Shown: positions 19,964 to 29,785, counted from the stretch's first letter. The stretch is 64,000 nucleotides of DNA from an uncultured Bdellovibrionales bacterium (GCA_964346295.1 CAYFUG010000004.1:532-64531); one strand, 5' to 3'. Notes: generated by a model not told the origin, from the sequence alone. Translations and numbers: made by a program.

Positions 19964-21265
19964 ATGCACCAGGAAATAGTTAACAAAAAGAAAAAGATTG
20001 CGGTGATTGGCTTGGGCTATGTGGGCCTGCCAATTGCTTTGGAGTTTGCCAAAAAGTTTTCCGTGATAGGATTCGATATTAGCACCGAGCGAGTAGCCAT
20101 GATGAAGAAGGGAATCGACCCTTCCGAAGAACTGGATAGAGCGGTTTTTGAAGGTTGTGATATTGAATTCACGGCCGACCCCGAAGATCTTCGGGCGGCT
20201 AACTTTTTTGTGGTAGCAGTACCTACTCCGATTGATCGGCATAATCAGCCGGATTTAAAGCCACTTTTAGCGGCGAGTAAAACGGTTGGGAAGGTCTTAG
20301 ATAAAGGAGATTTTGTGGTCTACGAATCAACGGTTTATCCGGGTTGTACGGAGGAGGATTGCGTGCCAATTTTAGAAAAAGAATCCGGTCTCAAGTTCAA
20401 AAAAGACTTTAAGGTAGGTTTTTCTCCGGAACGGATCAATCCCGGCGACAAAAGTCACACCTTAACCTCCATTGTTAAAGTAGTCTCTGGTTGCGACGAG
20501 AAATCACTGGCAGAGATTGGCAAAATTTACGGGGAAATTATTACGGCAGGGATTCACCCGGCTAGTTCCATCAAGGTAGCCGAGGCTTCTAAAATTATTG
20601 AAAACACTCAGCGTGACATCAACATTGCTTTCATGAACGAGTTAGCAGTGATCTTTGGAAAAATGGGGATTAATACCTACGAAGTATTAGAAGCGGCTCG
20701 CACTAAGTGGAACTTCCTTCATTTTTTTCCTGGCTTGGTGGGAGGGCATTGTATCGGGGTAGATCCTTACTATCTTAGTTATAAAGCTAAAGAGCTGGGT
20801 CACCATCCTCAGATGATCGATGCTGGGCGTCAAATCAATGACGGAATGGGAGCCTATGTTGCTGGTCAAATTGTAAAAAAGATTATTGCTCGAGAAAAAA
20901 ACATTCGAGATGCGAGAATTTTGATTATGGGAGTGACTTTTAAGGAGAATGTTAGTGATATTCGTAATTCTAAAGTAGTGGATATTTATCGAGAATTAGT
21001 AGATTTTGGGGCACTAGTGGAATTAGTAGATCCCTTAGCGGATTCTAATGAGGTGAAAAAAGAGTACGGCTTTGATTTGACTAAAAACCCCCAAGGGAAG
21101 TATGATGCAATTGTGCTGGCAGTTGGTCATCGGGAGTATCGAGAGCTTTCGGAAGATTACTTTACAAAGCTTTCTACTGAGAAGGGTTTTGTGGCAGATG
21201 TGAAGGGTTTTTTGAAGAAGAGGCTTGCTGGCGAGGGCAGTAAGCTAGGGTATTGGAGTTTGTAG
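19964..21265 (+). CDS. UDP-glucose/GDP-mannose dehydrogenase family nucleotide-sugar dehydrogenase
   Basis: KIAVIGLGYVGLPIALEF Rossmann N-terminus. Catalytic GGHCIGVDPYYL. Confidence 0.85.
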   Translation: MHQEIVNKKKKIAVIGLGYVGLPIALEFAKKFSVIGFDISTERVAMMKKGIDPSEELDRAVFEGCDIEFTADPEDLRAANFFVVAVPTPIDRHNQPDLKPLLAASKTVGKVLDKGDFVVYESTVYPGCTEEDCVPILEKESGLKFKKDFKVGFSPERINPGDKSHTLTSIVKVVSGCDEKSLAEIGKIYGEIITAGIHPASSIKVAEASKIIENTQRDINIAFMNELAVIFGKMGINTYEVLEAARTKWNFLHFFPGLVGGHCIGVDPYYLSYKAKELGHHPQMIDAGRQINDGMGAYVAGQIVKKIIAREKNIRDARILIMGVTFKENVSDIRNSKVVDIYRELVDFGALVELVDPLADSNEVKKEYGFDLTKNPQGKYDAIVLAVGHREYRELSEDYFTKLSTEKGFVADVKGFLKKRLAGEGSKLGYWSL

Positions 21266-21520
21266 TTCTAGAAGGGATTTCTAGCTTTTGAACCTTGCGT
21301 TAGGATTTCATCCAATATGGCAAGAATCTTGTTGTCGTCACCCGATTTTCGATTGCAGAGTTATCTGGAATTGGAGCTTCTCTGAAATTTGAAAGCCCCC
21401 AGTCCTTTGCTGTCTTGTTGTGCTTGTACAAGTTGTGCAAGTTGATAAAATAATTCTAAAATTTAAAATTTAAAGGCTAGTCAGAATGACTAGTTGTAAT
21501 TTCCAATACTAAATCATTTT

Positions 21521-23302
21521 ATGAAAGAGCACACTAAAAAATTAGGGGGAAAGTTTTTGGCGATTATTTTGTTAGCAATTTTAGGGACAGTATTAGTGAG
21601 TCCGCGGGAAACCGGGATTGCTGGGATCGACAATTTTACTGACCGCTTCAGCTATAATTTAGGACTGGATTTAGCGGGAGGAGCTCGATTGACTTATCAG
21701 GCTGATATGAGTCAGGTTGATTCTGGTGATCAAGGAGAGGCCTTGAGTGGTTTGCAGGATGTAATTGAGCGGCGAGTAAATGCTTTTGGGGTAGCGGAGC
21801 CAAAGATTCAAACTGTTCAGAGCGGTAACAATTATCGCCTAGTAGTGGAATTGGCTGGCATTAAGGACCTAGGAGAGGCTAAGGAGATGATCAAAGAAAC
21901 GCCCTTTTTGGAGTTTAAGGAGCTAGGAGAGCCTCGAGACGAGAGCGATTTAACCGAGGAGGAAAATCAATTAATCGAGGAACAAATTACTCAAATAGAA
22001 GATTCTAATGAAGAGCAACGAAAAAAGGCTCAGGAAGTACTAGAAAAAGCTCTGCAAGGAGAGGATTTTGCTCAGTTAGCAGAGGAGTATTCAGAAGACA
22101 CTGTGAGCACGGAGCAAGGAGGGGATTTAGATTTTTTTAAGCGAGGGATAATGACAGAGTCTTTCGAAGAGACAATTTTTAGCGAAGAATTAGGAATCGA
22201 TGAGATTCACCCCGAGTTGGTGAAATCTCAATTTGGCTATCATATCATTAAAAAAACTGGGCAGCGAGGAGAGGGGGAAGAAGAGGAAGTAAAAGCTTCT
22301 CACATTCTTTTTAAGACCACGGAATCGGATCAATTGCGGCAAGCTTTTTTGGATCAGTTCTTGCAAGGCAACTTTGAGACTACTGAATTGACCGGAAAAG
22401 ACCTAGAAGGGGCTCAGATGGTGATTCAAAGTCAGCCGGGTCAAATTACTCAGCCGGTGGTACAGCTCCAGTTCAACAGTGAAGGAAGGGAAAAATTCAA
22501 GCAGATTACTGAAAGAAATGTAAGTAAGCCGGTAGCGATTTTTTTGGACGGACAGATTATTAGCTCCCCGGTGGTTAATAGTGTGATTAGAGATGGAAAG
22601 GCGGAGATCAGCGGTAAGTTTTCTGTTAAGGAGGCTAAGGAGTTGGCGCAACGCTTGAATGCGGGAGCCTTGCCGGTACCAATTAACTTAGTTAGTCAAG
22701 AAAGCGTAGAACCTTCTTTGGGGCAGAACGCTCTAGAGAAAAGTTTGCGAGCGGGAGCCTTGGGAATGGCGGCGGTAGCGATCTTTATGATTTTTTACTA
22801 CCGACTAGCGGGGATAGCAGCGGTGCTAGCCTTGGCTTTTTACGCCTTAATGATGGGCAGTATTTTTAAGTTTTCTTCGGTGTCTCAAATTACCGCCATT
22901 ACTTTAACTCTTTCGGGGATTGCTGGATTTATTCTTTCCTTGGGAATGGCGGTGGATGCTAACATTCTCATTTTCGAGCGAATGAGTGAAGAGGTGGCTC
23001 GAGGTCGGGATCTAAAAAAGGCTCTTAAGGAGGCTTATAAGCGAGCTTGGACTTCTATTCGAGACGGTAATGTTTCTACTCTGCTTACTTGTGGAATTTT
23101 AATGGCCTTTGGAAGTAGTTTTATTCAGGGTTTTGCGATTATTCTGGGTCTAGGAGTATTGCTCTCAATGTTTACTGCGATTGTGATTACCCGAGTTTTT
23201 ATGGAGCTACTGTTGCAAATCAGTTTTGTTAATAAGGCTCCGGGCTTGGTGATTGCACCCAAGCGGGTTAGAGGGTATAATAGAAAACGGAAACGCTCTT
23301 AG
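21521..23302 (+). CDS. secD: protein translocase subunit SecD with an embedded PpiC-type (parvulin) domain
   Basis: N-terminal TM segment. Parvulin signature EQGGDLDFFKRG...FGYHIIKK at about aa 170-240. SecD P1-head and TM motifs (GALPVP, ANILIFERMSEE). No SecF gene follows. Confidence 0.75.
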   Translation: MKEHTKKLGGKFLAIILLAILGTVLVSPRETGIAGIDNFTDRFSYNLGLDLAGGARLTYQADMSQVDSGDQGEALSGLQDVIERRVNAFGVAEPKIQTVQSGNNYRLVVELAGIKDLGEAKEMIKETPFLEFKELGEPRDESDLTEEENQLIEEQITQIEDSNEEQRKKAQEVLEKALQGEDFAQLAEEYSEDTVSTEQGGDLDFFKRGIMTESFEETIFSEELGIDEIHPELVKSQFGYHIIKKTGQRGEGEEEEVKASHILFKTTESDQLRQAFLDQFLQGNFETTELTGKDLEGAQMVIQSQPGQITQPVVQLQFNSEGREKFKQITERNVSKPVAIFLDGQIISSPVVNSVIRDGKAEISGKFSVKEAKELAQRLNAGALPVPINLVSQESVEPSLGQNALEKSLRAGALGMAAVAIFMIFYYRLAGIAAVLALAFYALMMGSIFKFSSVSQITAITLTLSGIAGFILSLGMAVDANILIFERMSEEVARGRDLKKALKEAYKRAWTSIRDGNVSTLLTCGILMAFGSSFIQGFAIILGLGVLLSMFTAIVITRVFMELLLQISFVNKAPGLVIAPKRVRGYNRKRKRS

Positions 23303-23463
23303 AAACTGTCTGAAAAGTATTATCCTACTGCAAATCCCAAATCTCGACTGCAAATTTATCAAATCTCGTCACCGTAGCTTAGGTTACAACTTCCTCAATT
23401 TTCAAAATTTTCGCACGAGATTATGAAATTTTCGTCGACGAAGAATACTTCTCAGACAGTTTC
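23299..23463. mobile_element. MITE-like element with 21-bp terminal inverted repeats
   Basis: AGAAACTGTCTGAAAAGTATT at 23299 and its reverse complement (1 mismatch) at 23443. The left TIR overlaps the secD stop codon. The interior carries the tcaccgtag motif of the dispersed repeat family. Confidence 0.55.
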
Positions 23464-23836
23464 TTAGGGGAACTTGAAGGAGGGCTTCCAAATTTTGAAA
23501 ATTTTAGAGCTAGATTATAAAGAGCAGTTCCCCCTTTTGAAGGGGGGTGACCGGTAACAGTCTTTCTGGTTATTAGGGGTTGTAGAAACTAGAAAAGCAA
23601 TTGATTTCAAAACTAAAACTAAAATTAAAATAAAAAAGAGAATTTGATTTGAGTTTAGATATTTGAGCTCAGAGGTTGAGATTGAAAATTAGTTATTAAG
23701 CCAGAAACCCCGCCTCTGGCGGAGTGCAGGGAAAACTAATTTTTATCTATCACTCGCAAGCTCGCTCTGATTCAAATTGTTTTCTCTACAAAATAAAAAT
23801 GAAAATTAAAAGTAGAAAAGGGGGTGAGGAAGCTTA

Positions 23837-24118
23837 ATGCATGCTTTATTTTCCCGAACTTTCTTCTTATTTGCTTCTATGGCTCTAGCGGCCGCGATGT
23901 ACGGATGGGGAATCCAAGATATTTGGCTGGCTTCTACGCAATGGATGCAAGTGGCAACTGTCTTTTTACTAATGGCGATTTTTGTGAAGATGAGTGAAGA
24001 GGACGACAAACGAATTGAAGAAGAAATGCGAAAAATTGCCGAAGAAAAGGCTAAAAATGCCCCAAAGAGCAAGAAGAAAGACAAGAAAGATCACAAGTCT
24101 TTTAAGTTGTCTAAATAG
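23837..24118 (+). CDS. small membrane protein with Lys-rich tail
   Basis: Two hydrophobic segments followed by a KK-rich C-terminus. Confidence 0.4.
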   Translation: MHALFSRTFFLFASMALAAAMYGWGIQDIWLASTQWMQVATVFLLMAIFVKMSEEDDKRIEEEMRKIAEEKAKNAPKSKKKDKKDHKSFKLSK

Positions 24119-24260
24119 AACGGAGCCTTACTCATTTTGAAAATTTCGTTGTTGAAATCCGGGCTTCCCTTTCACCGTACACTTCAGTACGGCTCAAGCA
24201 AAGCCTACCTGCCTGTCGGCAGGCAGGGATTTCGCCTAGAACTCTCCTAAAATGAGAAAG
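24119..24260 (+). repeat. dispersed repeat family, B-type module
   Basis: ttgaaaatttcgttgttgaa...caccgtacacttcagtacggctc (CCGTAC/GTACGG hairpin) then ...gcctagaactctcctaaaat. Confidence 0.55.
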
Positions 24261-24377
24261 TCTCTTAGGCTATTCTAAGAAAAAGGAAAATTGCTTCATG
24301 GATTTGTTTTAGATAAGGTCCCTCAATTTCGCTCGGGCTGACAGAGGGCTCGTTTTAATTTAAATTAAATCAGGATT

Positions 24378-24995
24378 TTGAAGCAAGGCTTTTTAGTTAT
24401 TGCTCATAATATCCGCAGTTGCTACAATGTTGGCTCGATTTTTCGTAGTGCGGATGCTTTGGGCGTGGAAAAGATTTATTTAACCGGCTACACTCCCAGA
24501 CCGGGTGTTTTGGTTACTTCCGATGCTGAAAGTGGTCTTGATAAATTAAGCTTTAAGGTAAATTCTCATTCCGATTCAAATTTAAGTCTCGGAGAAAGAA
24601 GAGGCCCCAAAACGAGCTTTACTGAGGCGCTAAAAGCTAAAAAAGATGCCAAAAAGATTGCTAAAACGGCTTTAGGAGCAGAAGAAGTAGTTGCTTGGGA
24701 ATACCAGAGGCAATTAGGACCACTGATTCAAAAATTGCAGTCGCAAGGGGTGCAAGTGGTAGCTCTGGAGCAAGCTTCTAATAGTCTAAAATTAACTGAT
24801 TTTAAGCCCAATTTTCCTTTGGCGCTGCTAGTGGGTAACGAAGTGCGAGGAATCTCTCCTCAAATACTGAAAAAAGTGGACAAAATCGTAGAAATCCCGA
24901 TGCAAGGAAAGAAGGAGTCCTTGAATGTTGGGGTGGCATTTGGAATCGCCGGTTTTTGGCTCCAAGCTGTTGATTTTGGTAAATTTCGTTGTTGA
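24378..24995 (+). CDS. SpoU/TrmH-family RNA 2'-O-methyltransferase
   Basis: LVIAHNIRSCYNVGSIFRSADALGV motif. The C-terminus FGKFRC-stop is supplied by the dispersed repeat. Confidence 0.7.
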   Translation: MKQGFLVIAHNIRSCYNVGSIFRSADALGVEKIYLTGYTPRPGVLVTSDAESGLDKLSFKVNSHSDSNLSLGERRGPKTSFTEALKAKKDAKKIAKTALGAEEVVAWEYQRQLGPLIQKLQSQGVQVVALEQASNSLKLTDFKPNFPLALLVGNEVRGISPQILKKVDKIVEIPMQGKKESLNVGVAFGIAGFWLQAVDFGKFRC

Positions 24996-25185
24996 AGTCT
25001 CCACTTCTCGCTCACCGTAGCTTTATTACGGCTTGCTTCGATGCTCGACTTCGCCTAGAACCTTACTCAAAATCAATAGCTTGGCCTAGACTGTGGCTGC
25101 TTCAGATTAAACTCAAAATATTGTCTAAAATTTCCTCCCGCTTTTGCCAGTGCTACAGATGGGACAGATAAAACTTGAAAAACTT
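24996..25185 (+). repeat. dispersed repeat, near full-length copy (B+A modules)
   Basis: ctcaccgtagctttattacggc...gcctagaacc... then ...gccagtgctacagatgggacagataaaacttgaaa. Confidence 0.55.
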
Positions 25186-25342
25186 AGGCCTAGTCGTAGT
25201 TATTCTCTATTCCTGTTTTAAAAATTGCTTTCGCGACTAAATTTGGAAATTGCAGTAGAGATTAGATTTTTAAAACAGGCTCTTAGTGCCTAAGTGCTAT
25301 TTTAAAAAATAAAAAATCTAAGAAAGACTAAATTAAAAACTA

Positions 25343-28009
25343 GTGGAGAGACTTGTTGTCGATAGAAGTGAAGAGAAGAGAAACGGACCGGAAAGAAATC
25401 CGGGGTTTTTTCAGTTAGCTGCTTATCCAAAAGAAGATTGGGATTTGTTAAGGGCTGTGAATAAGGTGTTGTCGAAAGATAGTAGTCGAGTTTATGGTTT
25501 GCAGAGGGCTTTATTGGATTATCCCGAACTAGGGAACGAAGAGACAAAGGAGGTAATTTTAGAAAAGATGGAAGAAGAACTTTTAAGCATTTATTCTGAT
25601 GATTTAAGACTGGAAAATGGAATAAACTCGATAAAAGATGCTTTTGAGGGAATAAGGGGGATTTATTTAGGGAAAATAGAGACAGAGAAGGTTGTGATCG
25701 AGCGAGTCAACCAGCTTTACCCAGCGGAGTTGGAAGCCTTTGAGGATTTATTGGGCGACTTTATAGTTTATAAAAAAGTTTTACCTAAAGATGTTATTCA
25801 GGCAATTTACAGAAATAGGCTAGAGAAAATTGGAAATGTAAATCTTAATAATCTTTTTAGTTATGGAGATGTAGGCTTAGAAAAAGAGTGTTTAGGGGTT
25901 AATGAAAGAATTTTTGAAGCTCTAGAGGAGCTAGCCTTGTTTTCTGATATTTCCGAAGGTCAGAAAGCGGAACTTTTTCAGTCAGTGGCAAGGGGGTTAT
26001 TTGGAAGGGAAAAAAAGTTTTTTGTAGACCCAGAAAAGGCTTTGAGATTTGTAAGAGTCACTTTTCAAAGTCCAGAGACCAAGCGCTATGCCAAGCCACT
26101 TTTCATGAATTATTGGTGGGAGTGGGAGAATGCTATTGAAAAAATGCAGTCAGAAATTGATTTTGAAGATCAGAGCAAGGAGAATATTAGGAAAATAGCA
26201 GAGTTGGCGGAAATTTACGGGGCAGTTTACGGAGAATTGATAAAGAGGGGAATCGAACCTAATAATGATGGGGCAGTTTACATGTTGAATTTTATTAACC
26301 AGGCGGGAGGAGTAGACGATTTTTACCTTAACTTAAAGGTTAAGCAAGCCGTTTTTCTTATTCAGGCTGATGCTTGCCTTTATTATGAGGAAGGCGAGGA
26401 TTGGCAAAAGGAAGGAAGGGCGCAGTTGATTTATAGTGCGGCTCAAACTTTGGGAACTGATCTGCAGCTTAGTGGCGAGGAGCTGCAGCAATTTTTAACT
26501 GATATAAAAGGTTTTTTTGGGCAAAAATTAACTGCCGAAATTGAACCTCTTGTTAAGGGGCAGGTGGCAGCTCCGGGAGTAGAAGGGCATTTTGATGATG
26601 ATTTTGATCTGGTGCTACTGGAGGAGGAGAGAGGCAATGAAGGTGATAGGCTGAAGTTTAGCGAATTTATTAAGTTGAATTACTACGATGTTATTGAAGA
26701 GGGCGATTTTCTGGATTTGATGTTTATGCAAAATTTATTCATCAAGAAGCGAATTTCCCAGGAGTTAGGCGTGGCTTTGCATAACTTAGAGTTGAGAGCT
26801 CAGAATCAGTTTTTAAACTTCATTAAAAATGCCTCCCAGGAGAGAGTGAGACAAGTGGCAGAATTCGTAAAAAATCCAGCAGAAGAAGAGCAGCGCTTAA
26901 ACCGCCTGAGAGTCTTTCTTTCCTTGGAAGAGGGCCATTTTTCAGGAGATCAGCTATTGGACTTGCCTTCCAGGATTGATGCTGACCAAGCGCAGCAAGT
27001 TTTTGACCAGTATGGGAGACTGGTTCAAGACGCTTTTTCGGAGCAGTCGACCCTTCAAGAAGTGCTAAAGAATCCGGAGGATTTGGCCAAAATTGATCAA
27101 GAAAAAATCACTCAAAATTTGCTCTTCCGAGGCCAAAAAATCCTTCAAAGGCTAATTGAGTCTAGCGAGCCAGAGAGAGAGGCAGAAAGTGTTTTATCCA
27201 GCCTTTTAGCACAAAAATGGCAAATTCAACTAGCGGGAGCAGTTTTTAGGGAAGGGATCGAGGCTGGGATGAGTTTAGATGATTTAGAGGGTGGCAGAAT
27301 TGAGGTTTTAACCGTCCAAGACTTAATTCAAAAACCAGAATTGGTGGCTAAAATGAGGGATATTTATTCTAATAATTTCTCCAAAAAACCTGATTTGCAA
27401 GGAGCGGTTTTGCAAGGATTTGATCAAAAAATGACAGAAGGAGGCGTTAATTCGGAGTTTGCTTTGGCCTTTGTGGGCGAAGAATTGGTGGCTTTTAGCC
27501 GCAGTGATCATGTAGACGAAAAAACTCGCTATTTTGCTTCTCTAAACTCTTCTTATGGCGGTGCCAAGTTTGGAGAAGCTCTGAGGAGGAAAAGAGAGGC
27601 TCAGGTGGGAGAAAATTTTGATATTCGGGCTCATAGTGAGCCAGAAAGTGCCATGAGTACGCTGTATATTGGCCCAGAGGGAGGATTTATAGCCGATGGG
27701 GTAGAATTTAATTATCACAACACCGAGGCTAATTTATTCAGTATTACTAGACAAAAAACCCCGCCCAGTTACTATGCTTGGAGTAAGCCTCGAGAAGAGC
27801 TAGTCAAAGAGGCGAAAGAACTTGCGGATAGTGAGATAAGTAGCATTTCTCTAGAAAAGGGTAAGCCTCTGGTTTTAAGCCTCCAGGGGCTAGAAAATAC
27901 ACTAGTGGCACTAAAAACCCTACTCAATGAGCAGGGCGGCCAGTTGACCAATTATTGGTTTCAGGGCGGAAGATATTTTTTAGCTATAGAAAACCCTAAA
28001 TCAAGCTAA
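25343..28009 (+). CDS. large hypothetical protein (888 aa; start uncertain)
   Basis: Long uninterrupted ORF with no recognisable motifs. Starts with GTG at 25343; the alternative ATG near 25567 follows an AAGGAGG. Confidence 0.5.
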   Translation: MERLVVDRSEEKRNGPERNPGFFQLAAYPKEDWDLLRAVNKVLSKDSSRVYGLQRALLDYPELGNEETKEVILEKMEEELLSIYSDDLRLENGINSIKDAFEGIRGIYLGKIETEKVVIERVNQLYPAELEAFEDLLGDFIVYKKVLPKDVIQAIYRNRLEKIGNVNLNNLFSYGDVGLEKECLGVNERIFEALEELALFSDISEGQKAELFQSVARGLFGREKKFFVDPEKALRFVRVTFQSPETKRYAKPLFMNYWWEWENAIEKMQSEIDFEDQSKENIRKIAELAEIYGAVYGELIKRGIEPNNDGAVYMLNFINQAGGVDDFYLNLKVKQAVFLIQADACLYYEEGEDWQKEGRAQLIYSAAQTLGTDLQLSGEELQQFLTDIKGFFGQKLTAEIEPLVKGQVAAPGVEGHFDDDFDLVLLEEERGNEGDRLKFSEFIKLNYYDVIEEGDFLDLMFMQNLFIKKRISQELGVALHNLELRAQNQFLNFIKNASQERVRQVAEFVKNPAEEEQRLNRLRVFLSLEEGHFSGDQLLDLPSRIDADQAQQVFDQYGRLVQDAFSEQSTLQEVLKNPEDLAKIDQEKITQNLLFRGQKILQRLIESSEPEREAESVLSSLLAQKWQIQLAGAVFREGIEAGMSLDDLEGGRIEVLTVQDLIQKPELVAKMRDIYSNNFSKKPDLQGAVLQGFDQKMTEGGVNSEFALAFVGEELVAFSRSDHVDEKTRYFASLNSSYGGAKFGEALRRKREAQVGENFDIRAHSEPESAMSTLYIGPEGGFIADGVEFNYHNTEANLFSITRQKTPPSYYAWSKPREELVKEAKELADSEISSISLEKGKPLVLSLQGLENTLVALKTLLNEQGGQLTNYWFQGGRYFLAIENPKSS

Positions 28010-28762
28010 TTTTCGGGAATAATCCCAGTGAAATTCGAACAGGGATTTGTGCATTTGGTAAATATTGGGATCTTGGATTAGCATAGCGATTTTGTGTTCT
28101 TCTGAAAGGGAGATGTAAATGACTTTTCCTTCGTAAATTTGCATTACAGAACCCGAGAAGGGGTATTTTTCTTGATCAATAAGCTTAATTTCTGTAATAT
28201 CTCGCAGATAATTTTGCAAGTAATTTTTGGCAAAGGCAGAGTCCAGGACCAGAACCTTTTTGTTAAGGTTAAGCTTGGATCTTTTTTTCATGTAGCACTG
28301 ATTGATTTTTTCGGTGTATTTGATAACAGCCTCCAGGTCGGCATAAGTGTAAATAATTTCTTGACTGGTGAGAGTGTCTTCCAGGGCCTCTTGAATGCCT
28401 TCTAGTCCCTCAAAATAGCGGACGTCAGGTTTCTGAGAAACTAAATTAAATTCTGATGTCAGTGCATCTAGATTGGCCGCTAGGTTTTTATGAGTTTTTT
28501 CTAGTTGGGAAGATTGATCGCGGAGTAATTCTTCTAATTGATTAGGGTGTTGAGGATAAAAATGAGTCAATTTTCCCTTTTTTTTGCTAATTACCAGGCT
28601 TTTTTCTTCTAAAGATTCTAAAACATTGTAAACCACCCCCTTTTGGAGGGTGGTTTTTTTAATGATTTCGCTGGCAGGAACTGCTCCAGAGCGAAGCAGG
28701 AATTCGTAAATAGTGGCTTCATTAGGGGTCAGTCCAACTTGAGTAAGGATGTCTTGGTACAT
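28001..28762 (-). CDS. TrmB-family HTH transcriptional regulator, divergent from GC island 2
   Basis: N-terminus ILTQVGLTPNEATIYEFLLRSGAVPASEI is typical of the TrmB HTH. Paralogous to 39074..39868 and 58052..58837. Confidence 0.7.
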   Translation of the reverse strand: MYQDILTQVGLTPNEATIYEFLLRSGAVPASEIIKKTTLQKGVVYNVLESLEEKSLVISKKKGKLTHFYPQHPNQLEELLRDQSSQLEKTHKNLAANLDALTSEFNLVSQKPDVRYFEGLEGIQEALEDTLTSQEIIYTYADLEAVIKYTEKINQCYMKKRSKLNLNKKVLVLDSAFAKNYLQNYLRDITEIKLIDQEKYPFSGSVMQIYEGKVIYISLSEEHKIAMLIQDPNIYQMHKSLFEFHWDYSRKLA

Positions 28763-28877
28763 GTTATTGAAGGTTAGTATTCTGTAAAAAGACTATTTTA
28801 AATGTATTTTTAAAAGATATTTCTACTTTAAATAAGGTAAAATAATAGATTAAGTTAAATTTTTAGTCATTAAATAC

Positions 28878-28906
28878 TTGACAATTTTTTAATAATATGC
28901 TACAAT
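28878..28906 (+). promoter_or_regulatory. sigma70-type promoter of GC island 2
   Basis: TTGACA, 17 nt, TGcTACAAT. Embedded in the TTGACAA...TTGTCAA palindrome. AT-rich UP-like region upstream. Followed by GTCAAGCTAAGAAAAGG. Confidence 0.65.
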
Positions 28907-29108
28907 GCCTTGTCAAGCTAAGAAAAGGGTAAAACTCCGAAGCTTGAAGAACTGAAAGGTTCTAGCCAAATAAGAATAGTTGGCTCTTAGTACATTATAT
29001 CGAGAATAACCACACAACACAAACCACAGGAAAGTTTCTTGCAAGGCTTTTCTAGAGGTGTTTTTTGTGTTGTGGAAACATTCTCTAGCAAGAGCCCTGC
29101 AAAAAACT

Positions 29109-29154
29109 CTCCTATCACGGGGAGTTTTTTGTTCTTTGAAAACTCAGAAATCAG
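29109..29154 (+). promoter_or_regulatory. boxB-like hairpin plus boxA-like antiterminator
   Basis: CTCTCCtatcacGGGGAG hairpin, then gttctttgaaaactcagaaatcag. Confidence 0.55.
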
Positions 29155-29335
29155 TAAAGTGGTTTTCTCCTAGGGCTTTTGTCCTTGGTAGGCAGCTTAG
29201 TGCTTATGAAAGTTTGTAAGCGCTGAGCTGTTTATCAAGCAAGGAAAGCCCGGGCGTCCTAGTCACCGGGAAATTTTACAAAAAAATTATCCGGGCTGTA
29301 CTAGGCAGCCCATTTTTCAGAAAAGGAGAAAGACC

Positions 29336-29785
29336 ATGAAGAAGAATTTCAAACTCGTTCCCGGATCCAAAGGTGCTCGCCGCTCCTTCGCCGTTACTTG
29401 TGGCCTGCAAGAGGGCTACGAAGACGGAACCCTTCACACTTTCCAGGAGGCCGTTGAGGTTGCCTTGGAATGGATGAGGGGGCGGGCCGCCGCCGGTGAG
29501 CAGTACTTGACTGGGACCTTCGTCCAGGGTGAGGTGGTGTTTGCCTGGCCCGAAGGCCCTGGCAAGGCCGGTGGCGGTCACGAGGCGACGGTGATTTACC
29601 AGGGCGAGGTCAGCCCGATCTACAACGCGGGCATGACCGATGAAGAGGCCGTCGAGATCCTCAATGACCTGGCGGCCCATCTGGGGACCGCTCTGGGCCA
29701 GACCCGGGTCTATGTCGCCTTGTGCGACCAGATCTGGATTCTCCAGGCGGAAGAGACGGAAACCCCCACCGGGGAGACCGTCTAG
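29336..29785 (+). CDS. hypothetical protein, GC island 2 gene 1 (149 aa)
   Basis: RBS AAAAGGAGAAAG then ATG. About 60% GC. Protein-like composition. Confidence 0.55.
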   Translation: MKKNFKLVPGSKGARRSFAVTCGLQEGYEDGTLHTFQEAVEVALEWMRGRAAAGEQYLTGTFVQGEVVFAWPEGPGKAGGGHEATVIYQGEVSPIYNAGMTDEEAVEILNDLAAHLGTALGQTRVYVALCDQIWILQAEETETPTGETV

